Below, one piece after another: positions 19,304 through 29,389 of a DNA stretch of 64,000 nt. Position 1 is the stretch's first letter, and every line of letters begins with the position of its first letter. Made by a program: the position numbers and the translations under genes. This DNA is from Bryobacterales bacterium (GTDB taxonomy: Bacteria > Acidobacteriota > Terriglobia > Bryobacterales > UBA6623). Location: positions 576,001-640,000 of the forward strand of contig OY729428.2 of NCBI GenBank assembly GCA_963422375.2, in the 5' to 3' direction. The notes under the pieces are model-generated. The model searched no databases. It had not been told where the DNA came from and saw only the letters and a program-made list of their open reading frames with translations.

Positions 19304-20176
19304 ATGGGTGAGAAGCTAGCGCGGCAGTGTCTGCCGATGCCGCAGCCCGACTCACCTCGGCCCGTTCCGTCGCCGGCCTACGTGCCGGAACCTGCTGCAA
19401 GGCCATTGCGCATAGCGCGGCCTTGGGTCGACGAGGAGATTGAGTACCCGAGTTCGGACGGCAAGCCGATGGCGGAGAGCGGGCCACAGCGTCAGGTGAT
19501 GATCGAGGTCCACGAGGGCCTGCGACTGTATCTTCAGGAGCGCCGGGACGACTTCGTGCTGGAGTGCGACCTGCTGATCTACTACGAGGAGAGGAATCCG
19601 AAGGCGTCGGTGGCGCCGGACATATTCGTGGTCCTGGGCGTGCCCGGCGGCAAGCGGCTCACTTATCTGCTCTGGAAGGAGGGCAAGCCGCCGGACTTCG
19701 TCTTGGAAGTGGCCTCGAGCAGCACCTACCAGCACGACAACGACTGGAAGGCAGCTCTGTACGCGCGACTCGGCGTGCGCGAGTACTGGCAGTTTGACGT
19801 GAAGGGGGGCCTGCTTGATCCGCGGCTCAAGGCGGGCCGTCTTGTCAGCGGCGCGTACGAGCCGCTGCAAGCGATCCCGTCGCCTGTCGGGGAGCTGTGG
19901 ATGTACAGCGAAGTGCTGGGCGTGCAGCTGCGGTTCGACGGGGGGAGTCGGCTGCTGGTATGGGATCCGTACCAAGAGAGGTACCTGTCGACAGACCATG
20001 AGAAGGCACGTGCGGACGACGCGGCGAGACGGGCGGAGGGTGAGTCTATTCGTGCAGCCGAAGCGGAGCGCAAGGAAATGGCGTCGCGGGCGGAATTGTT
20101 GGAAGAGAGGCGCCTCAGAGAGGAATTGCAGGCGCACGTCGACCGACTGATGGCAGCACGAAGCCAATACAAGTGA
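19304..20176 (+). CDS. Uma2 (DUF820) family endonuclease-like protein
   Basis: YPSSDGKPMAES, VAPDIFV, PDFVLEVAS, GVREYW, C-terminal coiled coil. Confidence 0.9.
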   Translation: MGEKLARQCLPMPQPDSPRPVPSPAYVPEPAARPLRIARPWVDEEIEYPSSDGKPMAESGPQRQVMIEVHEGLRLYLQERRDDFVLECDLLIYYEERNPKASVAPDIFVVLGVPGGKRLTYLLWKEGKPPDFVLEVASSSTYQHDNDWKAALYARLGVREYWQFDVKGGLLDPRLKAGRLVSGAYEPLQAIPSPVGELWMYSEVLGVQLRFDGGSRLLVWDPYQERYLSTDHEKARADDAARRAEGESIRAAEAERKEMASRAELLEERRLREELQAHVDRLMAARSQYK

Positions 20177-20499
20177 TTCGTGATCTGGCTGGTGCCTGTT
20201 TGGCAGCACGGATACAGGCAGGTAAGGGCTCTCGCCGAAATAACTAGTGCCCGTGACAAAACTTGTATCCCCTTGACAAAAAAGGCGTTAGGTCCAACCT
20301 CTCAAGGCGAAGATTTCGCTGGAATGCTACGACTAATCCGAAATCCAGGCGATTCTGGGTAGTGCGCGGGAATCCTCGCGATTGGCGTCTGAGCAACTTC
20401 CCACCTTGGGCCCAATATGTTGTGTTTGAAGATCCATCTGACCTCAGGATGTAGTATGAAATGCTGATTGGGCGAAAATTCAGGGGTCTTATCATAAGA

Positions 20500-21624
20500 A
20501 CTAACTATTCCAAGACGGGCCTCGGTTTGCTACGCTGCCGGAGATGGAGGACCCGGCAGACGTCATCAAGGCGAAGTTCGATGCGCTGCAGCCGGTACTG
20601 GACGAGAGGACCCGCCGCCTGTAGGCGGCGGCCGAGGCGAGTGCCCTCGATCGGGGCGGGATCAGCTGCGTGGCCCGGGCCATCCGCATTTCGCACAGCA
20701 CCGTGCGCGCCGGCGTGCGGGAATTGCAAGCGGGCCTGCCCGCCTCGTCACGGGGGCGGGCGGGCGCAAGCCTCTCACCGAGCTCGACCCGGAACTGTTG
20801 CGAGGTCTCGACCGCAAGCTCGAGCCCCTCGCCCGCGGCGACCCCCAAGTGCCGCTGCGCCGGACCTGCAGCAGCTTGGCACGCGAGCTGCAGAAGGAAG
20901 GCCACGCGACGAGCGAGCGGACCGTGAACCGGCTGCTGCCCGGGCCGGGCTGCAGCCTGCAAGCGAACCGCAAGACCTTGCAAGGCCGGCAGCATCCGGA
21001 CCGGGACACTCAGTTCCGTCACATCACCGCCAAGGTGCAGGCATTTCCAGAGACGGGGCCAGCCCGTGGTCTCGGTCGACACCAAGCGTAAGGAATTGGC
21101 GGGACGCGACCGCAACGGCGGACGCGATTGGCGGCCGCAGGGGCAGCCCGAGGAAGTCGACACGCATGACTTCCCGGACCAGGAACTGGGCTAGGCGATA
21201 CCGTCTGGAATCTACGACTTGGCCGCGACGTCGGCTGGGTCAGCGTGGGCACGGACCATAACACGGCCGAGTTCGCCGTCGCAACACTCAGGCGCTGGTG
21301 GCGTGCGATGGGACGTCGAGCCCATCCCGGAACCGAGCGCCTGCTGGCGACAGCCGACGGGGGCGGGTCCAACGGCAGTCGCAACCGGCTGTGGAAACTG
21401 GAGCTGCAGGGGCTGGCCGACGAGCTTGGGTTGCGGGTGTCGGTGCGTCACTTTCCGCCGGGAACGAGCAGGTGGAACAAGATCGAGCACCGCATGTTCT
21501 GCCACGTCACGCAGAACTCGCTGGGGCGGCCGCTCGTGAGTCGCGAGGTCGTGGTCAACCTGATGGAGGCAGTGACGCCGGAAGCCGCGCTCTCGGTCCG
21601 CTCGGAACTGGACGAGAATACCTA
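20500..21624 (+). mobile_element. ISAzo13-family transposase pseudogene, 3'-truncated
   Basis: LDERTRRL, RGDP..LR, LQANRK, SVDTK, ADGGGSNG, HFPPGTSRWNKIEHRMF; in-frame stops and frameshifts; ATG at 20544. Confidence 0.88.
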
Positions 21625-22500
21625 GTGCTTGTGACAAAACTGATATTTCGGGGATTCTAGCCGCTATATCCTGACCAAATGATAGCTATGGAAGGGACAT
21701 ACTTCGCCAACTATCCGAACTCATTGCCTCATATTCCATTCTTATTGTGAGGATATATCTAGTTATATCCTAGTTGTACAATTTTCCTTAACCTTGTCTC
21801 TTAAAGGTTTCACTTCAGAGCACTAAAGATCGCTATTTACAGCCTATATAGCCGGAGAAAAGGGTCCCAACTTGAGACGCTACCTCTCTCTGTATCGTAG
21901 GATACGGCCCACTCGATGCACGTTCTATGTCAGCACTTCCAGCCCGATCATCCGCTCGAATCCCTCCGCTACCCGGTCCACCACTCGGTTCATACCGCAG
22001 CACTCAAGATTGTTAATCGCTGACTCCACTGCCGGGTGAGCTTGCCTCGCAGCCACGAATTCAGGCGCGCCTTCCGCCGCCTTCGCCGCCTTCTACAGCC
22101 TCCCCTTTCGCGGCATCTCGTTGCACGGGAGCAGCTCCTCCAAGCGCGTCTGGTTCGCCTGTCTGTGAAAGCCCTTGTCAAAGCTTCAGCTCGACAACCC
22201 CGCGTACAGACCCTGCTCTCCCTCGACGCTTCCCATCGCTATGTCTACGTCGATTCCATTCCACATCACTTCGTAATTCATCACGAATCCGTGCTCGATT
22301 TCCACGATGCATACCGACACGCCCAGCTCCACGGGCACCTCCGCTCTTCCTTTCACGCACCAGCGCGTGTATTCCTCGAAGATCGAGAACACTTTCTCCT
22401 CGTGCGGGATCTTCTCCCCCCGCAGCACGCGCCGCTCCACTTGGTCCGCCGGTCCCCTGTGGCGGCACGGAGCTAACCCCGCGGTATACAGAACGCCTCC
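21625..22500 (-). mobile_element. ISNCY-type transposase 3' relic with probable right end
   Basis: RRVLRGEKIPHEEKVFSIFE..KG..PVELG and VESAINNLE; terminal-like GTGCTTGTGACAAAACT at 21625. Confidence 0.75.
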
Positions 22501-22784
22501 CACGCGCCGGGCAGAGGCCGGCGAAGGACCCCCGAGACGCCCGTCACAACCCGCGCAGGGACTGCTGGACAGATGGCCTCCGGCAGGCGTCGTCTGACGG
22601 CGATTGCGCCGGCGCGCGGGAAATCGGACAACTTCCGGGACGCTTCGAGGAGACCGCGGGGATTCTCCGGCCTGCCGGCGGCGCGGCCGTCGCGGGGAGG
22701 GCCGAGCGCACGTTCACGCGGGGCGATGGCGCAGTGGGTGCTAGAGTGACTTGGTTGCGCGCTCGCGCTCGGTGACCGCTTGGA

Positions 22785-23420
22785 TTGACCACTAGGCTGA
22801 TCGAGACGCAGCTTGACGAGCCGGACGGCCGCGCTGTGGACGCCACGGTCGCAGCAGTGCAGGAAGGCGAGGTCGTCGCGATCCCCAGCGACGCCCTCTA
22901 CGTGCTGGTGGCGGACCCGTTCAACTTGAACGCGGTCGCGAAGGTCTTCGAGGCGAAGCGCCGCGAACTGCACCGCTCCCTGCCGCTGCTGGTCGACGGA
23001 GTGGCGATGGCGGAGGACTACGCCTCGCGGCTGCCTTCCAGCTTCTACCTGCTGGCGCAGCGATTCTGGCCGGGACCCCTCACCGTAATCGTCCCCGCCT
23101 CGTCGAAGATCCCTCTGCGCGTGACCGGCAACACGGGCCGGCTCGCACTGCGCCGCTCCGCATCCGCACTGGTCAGGCAGCTGGTCGAGCGGGCGGGGAC
23201 GCCGCTCGTCGCAACGAGCGCCAACGTCTCGGGCCGACCGACCTGCCGGAGCGGGTTCGAGGTGCTCGGCACGATGGACGGGCGCATCCACATGATCTTG
23301 GACGGCGGGGTAATCGAGGGACAGGCGGCGACGACCGTCGACATCACCCCGACGCGGTGGCGGCTGATCCGGGAGGGCGGTGTCTCCCGGTCCGCCATCG
23401 ATTCCTGCTTGGCCGCCTAG
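22785..23420 (+). CDS. tsaC: L-threonylcarbamoyladenylate synthase (Sua5/YrdC)
   Basis: AIPSDALY, EAKRR, FWPGPLT, ATSANVSG, ILDGG, IREG. Confidence 0.88.
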   Translation: MTTRLIETQLDEPDGRAVDATVAAVQEGEVVAIPSDALYVLVADPFNLNAVAKVFEAKRRELHRSLPLLVDGVAMAEDYASRLPSSFYLLAQRFWPGPLTVIVPASSKIPLRVTGNTGRLALRRSASALVRQLVERAGTPLVATSANVSGRPTCRSGFEVLGTMDGRIHMILDGGVIEGQAATTVDITPTRWRLIREGGVSRSAIDSCLAA

Positions 23421-23729
23421 CTGCGACTGCGGGACCCGGCCCGGCGCGGGGGCGGAGCCTCGGACACTCCCGGGCAGGGCCTCGCTCGAGCCCATAGATG
23501 ACACCGTGTTGCAGATTGTAGTACTCTGCAGGCAGTTGGCGGCGCGACCGCGACCGTTCGAGCATCGCGAAGCAGATTATTTCAGCGGATATCGATGCTC
23601 TCTTGGAGTCCGGTCGACAGAGATTCGCGCTCGCCCGGTTTCTGCAGAAGTATTGCACTTCCACGGTGCCAAAGGCGCCACGCAGCCGGCTTGGCTGCCG
23701 GCCCCGCGACTGCAACCTAGAGGTACAAC

Positions 23730-26290
23730 ATGCATTGCGCGCCCGCCCTGCCGGACCGGAACGAAAGCTCCGGTTCCGTCACGCCCCGCTGCCCAAGCTC
23801 GACCGCCTCGGGCTCCCGGCGCCGGACATCCGAGGTAATGCCGTCCGACAGCAGTTGCGCTGGCTCGCGCCGGGGGGCGTGCCAGCCGAATTCGACGATG
23901 CTGACTGCCCCGAATCCGTCGCGCACTGACCTCGGGCGACCAGCCGACGGCACGGCGGGGAACGCCGGCGCGAGCGGGCCCGTTCCCGAGTCCAGCGGAG
24001 CCGCCGGCAGGCGCCCGGCCTCTCCCCCGAGCTGGAGCCGACGGGCTGTGCTGGGCACCTTGGCCGCGCCGGCCGCAACCCTCCCGGCACCGTGGGCCGA
24101 ATTCCTCGGGAACGGCGCCCTGTCGCTCGCCGACGGGCGGGCCATCCCAGTGGAATGGTCCGACGAGCGCAACCTGCAGTGGAAGACCGACTTGCCCGGG
24201 TACGGCCAGTCCAGTCCAGTAGCCGTCGGCGGCAAGGCCTTCGTGACCGGCGTCGACGGGCCGAGCAAGGAAGCCCTGTTGGTCACGGCGGTCTCGCTGG
24301 AAAGCGGTCAGCCGCTCTGGATCCACCGGTCGGCGTCCTTCCAGCGAATCAAGGATTCCCGCATGGTCAGCAAGGCCGCCCCGACGCCCGCCGTCGACGC
24401 CTTCTTCGAGACGGGCAACCTGCTAGCGATCAGCCACGACGGCGACACGCTCTGGGAGCGGAAGCTAGCGCAGGACTTCGGCGAGTTCGGCGGGCGGCAC
24501 GGGATCGGCAGCTCGCTGCGCTTGTGCCACGCCGGGGTCCTGGCGCTCGTCGCGCACGACCGCCCCTCGTACCTGATTTCAGCGATTCTCAATTTGGGCA
24601 TTTGGGGATTTCCAGAGTGTCTGAGAAAGGTGTCGAAGGCAGTCTGGCACTTGACTTTTCCTAGCGGAATTTGTGAGCTAGGGTGAATGCCCCATGTCCT
24701 GGACTCGCCGCTGAGCGCCTTCCGCGAGACGGCCGCCGGCCTGCCCGACCGGCGCGACGGTCGCAGCAACAAGCGCTACGAGGTCAGCGACGCCGCCGGT
24801 TGCGCCCTGGTGCGCCCCGGCCTGCTTCTGCACCCGGTGCGAGTCGTTGCTCGCGTTCCAGCGGCGCATGGAGCGGGACGGCTCCCGCTCCAACTGCCGG
24901 ACCCTGTTCGGCGCGGGCCGCATCCCCTGCGACAACCGGATCCGCAACTTGCTCGACGACCTCGACCCGGCCGCGTTCGACCCGCCGTTCCGGCCGTGCC
25001 TCGCAACCGTGGCCGCGCAGGGCGCGCTCGAGCCCTTCCAGCGCCTCGACGGGCGCCTGCCGGCGGCTCCGGACGGCGTCCGGTTCCACCGCTCCGACAG
25101 GGTGCATTGCCCGCAGTGCTCGGTGCGGCGCGTCGGCAGCGAGCGCCGGCCGCATCACTTCCACGCCATGGCCGTCGGCCACCGCGGTGGCCGACGGCCA
25201 CGCCACCGTCCTGCCGCTGATGCCCGAGTTCGCGCGCCCGCAGCAGGACGCGGCCGCGACCCGCGCCGACATGAGCGAGGACGAGCGCAAGCGGGACTGC
25301 GAGCGCCACGCCGCCAAGCGCTGGCTCGCCGCTCACGGCGCCTGGCTGCAGGCCTGCCGCCCCGTCCTGCCGGGCGACGACCTGCACTGCTGCCAGCCGG
25401 TCTGCGAGGCCGCCGCGGCGGCCGGCATGGACTGCGTCCGGGTATGCAAGCCCCGATCCCGCAAGCACTTGCACGAGGTGCCGGAGAGCCGGCGGGCGAG
25501 CGGCGCGGTGCGCTCGACCGGCGGGCTGCCGCAGCGCGGGAAGGGCAAGCGGTCCGAGCGGCACCGTTTCCGCCGGACGGCCGCGGTGCCCCTGCGCCAG
25601 GGCCGCGACGCCCTGCGGGGCACTTGGCTCGAGTACGCCGTGGAGCGCGACGGCAAGCGCACCTGCGCCAACATCTGGAAGGCCGACCGCCCCGAGGGCG
25701 TCTCTTGGAGCACGCCGGCCGCGAGATCGCGCTCGTCAGCGCGGGCGAGGCGCTCGAAGCGTATGACAGCGTATGACAACGAGGACGGATCGCCGCTGTG
25801 GCGAGTGGAGGGAATGGAGGGGGCGTTCATCTCGTCTCCCGTGCCCTGGGAGGGCGGGGCGCTCGCGGGCTCGAGCAGCAAGGGCCGCAGCGTCGCCCTC
25901 AGGTTCGGGCCCGGCGCCCGCGACCAGCCCGCGGTAGCGTGGCGGGCCGCTGACGGCTCCTCGTACTTCGGCTCGCCGCTGGTTCATCGGGGCCGTGTCT
26001 ACATGGTGAGCAAGGCCGGCGTGGCGCACTGCCTGCGCGCGACCACGGGCGAGACGGTCTGGCACGCCCGCCTCGCAGGCCAGTGCTGGGCTTCCGCGAT
26101 CGGCGGCGGGGACCGCATCTACTTCTTCGCGGTCGACGGGGTCACCGAGGTGGTGTCCGCGAGCGACGAGTTCTCGCGCAAGGCCGCGAACCGCCTGACC
26201 GCCCGCGGGCGCCTGTACGGCGTCGCGGCGGTCGAGGACGGCTTCCTCCTCCGCTACGGGCGGGAGCTGGCCCGGGTCGGCCGCGGCTGA
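23730..26290 (+). pseudogene. PQQ-like beta-propeller protein split by an IS
   Basis: EWSDERNLQWKTDLPGYGQSSPV before 24577; IWKADRPEGVSWSTP..YFGSPL..CWAS after about 25672; additional frameshifts. Confidence 0.85.
24580..25672 (+). mobile_element. ISNCY-like transposase relic (left end plus 5' part)
   Basis: LPDRRDG.N.RY.VSDAA, LAFQRRM, SNCRTLFG..IPCDNRIRNLLD, KRDCE..AAKRWL, GDDL.C.QP; frameshifted, right end missing. Confidence 0.8.
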
Positions 26291-26365
26291 CAGGCCCGTG
26301 CAGTTGGCTGCGGGCCGTATACTGGGGTTTTCTTGATGCCGCGCAGACGCGGCCGGAGGCATTCC

Positions 26366-27211
26366 ATGGGAGATTACGCGCACCCCGAGGTGCTGGTCAG
26401 CACCGACTGGGTCGCAGCGCATGCCGGGGACCGGAGCGTGAGGGTCGTCGAGGTGGACGTGAATACGGCCTCGTACGATGAGGGGCACGTCCCCGGAGCG
26501 GTCGGCTGGGCGTGGGACAGGCAGCTGTGCGACACCGTGCAGCGGGACATCGCGCCCAAGGCCGCGTTCGAGCGGCTCATGGCCGCCAGCGGGATCGCCG
26601 CCGACACGACCGTCGTGCTCTACGGCGACAACAACAACTGGTTCGCGGCCTGGGCCTTCTGGCAGCTGAAGATCTACGGCCACGCGGACGCGCGCCTGAT
26701 GAACGGAGGGCGCAGCAAATGGCTCGCGGAGGGACGCGAGCTGTCCGCGGACGCACCCGAGGCCGGCCAGGGCACCTACGTCGCTTCCGAACCCGACTAC
26801 TCGCTGCGGGCGTTTCTCCCGCAGGTCCGCGACGCGGTGGACGCGGGCAGCGTCGAGCTCGTCGATGTGCGCAGCCCCGCCGAGTTCAGCGGCGAGATCC
26901 TCGCGCCGCCGGGCCTGCCGGAGACCTGCCAGCGGGGCGGCCATATCCCCGGCGCCAGCAACATCCCGTGGGGCAAGGCGTGCAACGCCGACGGCACCTT
27001 CAAGAGCGCCGGCGAGCTGCGCCAGATCTATTCCGACGCGGGGATCTCGGGATCCAAGCCCGTGATCGCGTACTGCCGGATCGGCGAGCGGTCCAGCCAT
27101 TCGTGGTTCGTCCTGAAGTACCTGCTTGGACAGCAGGGCGTGACCAACTACGACGGCTCCTGGACCGAGTGGGGCAACTTGGTCGGCGCGCCGGTCGAGC
27201 GAGGCGCATGA
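26366..27211 (+). CDS. tandem-domain sulfurtransferase (rhodanese, CysA/SseA type)
   Basis: GHVPGA, YGDNNNWFA, GHIPGA, YCRIGERSS, YDGSWTEW. Confidence 0.93.
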   Translation: MGDYAHPEVLVSTDWVAAHAGDRSVRVVEVDVNTASYDEGHVPGAVGWAWDRQLCDTVQRDIAPKAAFERLMAASGIAADTTVVLYGDNNNWFAAWAFWQLKIYGHADARLMNGGRSKWLAEGRELSADAPEAGQGTYVASEPDYSLRAFLPQVRDAVDAGSVELVDVRSPAEFSGEILAPPGLPETCQRGGHIPGASNIPWGKACNADGTFKSAGELRQIYSDAGISGSKPVIAYCRIGERSSHSWFVLKYLLGQQGVTNYDGSWTEWGNLVGAPVERGA

Positions 27212-27426
27212 AGGCCGAGCACTACACGGTCCGGAGCGCCGAGCTGGCCGGCTGGCCGGTGCGCCTGACGACCTACCGGATCGGGGCGACCTGGCACGCC
27301 AAGGCGGACAACGTGTCGCCGGGCGCGAGCATTGCGGCCGTCCGGGCGGACACGCTCGAGGATGCGCTGGGCGCCGTCACGGAGAAGGCGCGGGCCCGAC
27401 TCGCAGCCACGCGGCGCGTCGGCTGA
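27208..27426 (+). CDS. 72-aa hypothetical protein
   Basis: ATGA overlap with the rhodanese stop; MKAEHYTVRSAELAGWPVRLTTYRIG..; GC-rich third positions. Confidence 0.75.
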   Translation: MKAEHYTVRSAELAGWPVRLTTYRIGATWHAKADNVSPGASIAAVRADTLEDALGAVTEKARARLAATRRVG

Positions 27427-27431
27427 GAGCG

Positions 27432-28025
27432 ATGCGGGTACAGATCTTCGCTGACATCCACGGCGACGCGGCCAGCCTGCGGCGGGCGGTAGCGGTCGAG
27501 GCCGACCTCTACATCGCCGCGGGGGACCTCGTCACCTGGCCGGCCCCTCTCGACCCCTTGGCGGGCGCCCTCGCGCACCTCGGCGAGAGGCTCTGGGTGA
27601 TGCCCGGCAACAACGAGACAGAACAGCAGGTCCGGGACTTCTGCGAGGCGCACGGCTTCGTCAGCTTCCATTCGACGGCCCGCGAAATCGCGGGCCATCA
27701 CTTCGTGGGGCTCGGCTACTCCAACCCGACTCCGTTCGACACGCCCGGAGAATACGAGGAGAGCGAGATCGCCGAGCGCCTCGGGCGCTTCGCCCGCCTC
27801 TCGCCCCAAGTCCTGGTCTCCCACGCGCCGCCGCAGGGCACCCCCTTGGACGAGGCGGCACCCGGGCTGCACTTCGGCAGCAGTGCCGTGCGGAACTACA
27901 TCGACGAGCACCGGCCGGACTACTGCTTCTGCGGCCACATTCACGAGGGGGCCGGCCGGATCGTCCGGCTTGGACCGACTCTCGCGTCAAACGTCGGCAA
28001 GGCCGGCTACCTACTGGAACTGTAG
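27432..28025 (+). CDS. calcineurin-like metallophosphoesterase
   Basis: ADIHG, AGD, PGNNE, SHAPP, GHIHE. Confidence 0.9.
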   Translation: MRVQIFADIHGDAASLRRAVAVEADLYIAAGDLVTWPAPLDPLAGALAHLGERLWVMPGNNETEQQVRDFCEAHGFVSFHSTAREIAGHHFVGLGYSNPTPFDTPGEYEESEIAERLGRFARLSPQVLVSHAPPQGTPLDEAAPGLHFGSSAVRNYIDEHRPDYCFCGHIHEGAGRIVRLGPTLASNVGKAGYLLEL

Positions 28026-28098
28026 GCCGGGCGCGCGCCCTCCGTCGATTAAGATGGGAATTAGCCTCCGGCCCGCCGAGCCGGCCCGAGCCAGCCGC

Positions 28099-28935
28099 AT
28101 GTCCAGCCCGCCCCCAAGGGCAGCCATCGCGATGCCCGTGGCAGGCGATGCACCCGCCGCCAGACCCAGCTTCTGGCTCTGCGCCGCAACCTTGTGGCTG
28201 CGGGAGATCCAAGGCTTTTACCGCCAGCCGAGCCGGATCGCGGGCAGCCTGACCACGCCGCTGCTCTTCTGGTTCGTGCTGAGCTCCGGGTTCGGCTCCT
28301 CGCTGCTGGCCGAGGAGGGCGGGTACGCACTGTTCTTCTTTCCCGGGATGCTCGCTCTCGCGGTGCTGTTCACGTCGATCTTCGCCAACATCTCGCTGAT
28401 CGAGGACCGACGCGGGGGCTTCCTGCTCGGCGCTCTGGTGGCCCCGGTGTCGCGCCTGTCGCTCGTACTGGGCAAGGTCTGCGGCGCGACGACCCTCGGA
28501 ACGATCCAGGGGGCGCTGCTGCTGCCGCTGGCGCCGCTGGCCGGCCTGAGCATCGGGCTCGCGTCCCTGCCGACCACCTTCGCGATCCTGTTCCTGATGG
28601 CCCTGGGCCTGACCGCGCTGGGTTTCCTGTGCGCGTGGTGGCTCGGCTCGGTGCAGGGCTTCCACTCCATCATGAACCTCGTCCTGATGCCGATGTGGCT
28701 GATGTCGGGCGGCGTCTTCCCCATGGAGGGATCGTCAGCGTGGGTGCGCTGGCTGACGGCCGCGAACCCTCTCGCCTACGGGGTGGCCGAGCTGCGCCGG
28801 TCGCTGGGAGCGCCGGTTCCCGAGTCCGCGCCGTCCTCGGCCGCCTGCTGGCTCGTCCTCGGCGCCTTCGGGGCCGCGACGCTGGCCGCCTCGTGGCACC
28901 GGGCCTCCCGCACCGAGGCCTCCCAACTCGCGTGA
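28099..28935 (+). CDS. ABC-2 type permease
   Basis: WLREIQGFYRQ, FFPG, EDRRGGFL..LVAPV, MWLMSGGVFP, NPLAYGV. Confidence 0.88.
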   Translation: MSSPPPRAAIAMPVAGDAPAARPSFWLCAATLWLREIQGFYRQPSRIAGSLTTPLLFWFVLSSGFGSSLLAEEGGYALFFFPGMLALAVLFTSIFANISLIEDRRGGFLLGALVAPVSRLSLVLGKVCGATTLGTIQGALLLPLAPLAGLSIGLASLPTTFAILFLMALGLTALGFLCAWWLGSVQGFHSIMNLVLMPMWLMSGGVFPMEGSSAWVRWLTAANPLAYGVAELRRSLGAPVPESAPSSAACWLVLGAFGAATLAASWHRASRTEASQLA

Positions 28936-28965
28936 AGGCCGCGCCGGAAGCCCCGAGAGCCAGGC

Positions 28966-29379
28966 ATGGAGCCCTCCGACCTCCCCACGCTGAACGCCTG
29001 CCTCAACGTGATCGCTGCGCTATTCCTGTCCGCCGGCTACTACTGGATCCGGCGAGGAGAGACGGCCCGCCACAGGAGGTGCATGCTGCTCGCGTGCTCC
29101 GCCTCGGCGATGTTCCTGGTTAGCTACGTGATCTACCACGTGCAGGTCGGCTCGGTGCGCTTCGAACGCGAAGGCTGGATCCGCCCGGTCTATTTCGCGG
29201 TCCTGATCACCCACGTCACCCTCGCCATCGCCATCGTGCCGCTGGTGCTGCTGACCGTGGGGCGCGCCCTGCGGGGCTCGTTCGAGCGGCACCGGCGCGT
29301 AGCCCGGTGGACTTGGCCGCTTTGGATGTACGTTTCGGTGAGCGGCGTCGCGGTGTACGCCATGCTCTACCACCTTTAG
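28966..29379 (+). CDS. DUF420 membrane protein
   Basis: LPTLNACLN, HRRCM, FLVSYVIYH, HRRVARWT.PLWMYVSVSG. Confidence 0.88.
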   Translation: MEPSDLPTLNACLNVIAALFLSAGYYWIRRGETARHRRCMLLACSASAMFLVSYVIYHVQVGSVRFEREGWIRPVYFAVLITHVTLAIAIVPLVLLTVGRALRGSFERHRRVARWTWPLWMYVSVSGVAVYAMLYHL

Positions 29380-29389
29380 GCCGGCCGCC

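Noticed and set aside
23660..23720. GGTGCC..GCCCCGCGACTG resembling a cobalamin riboswitch
   Set aside because: No AGGGAA element or B12-box and no convincing stems.
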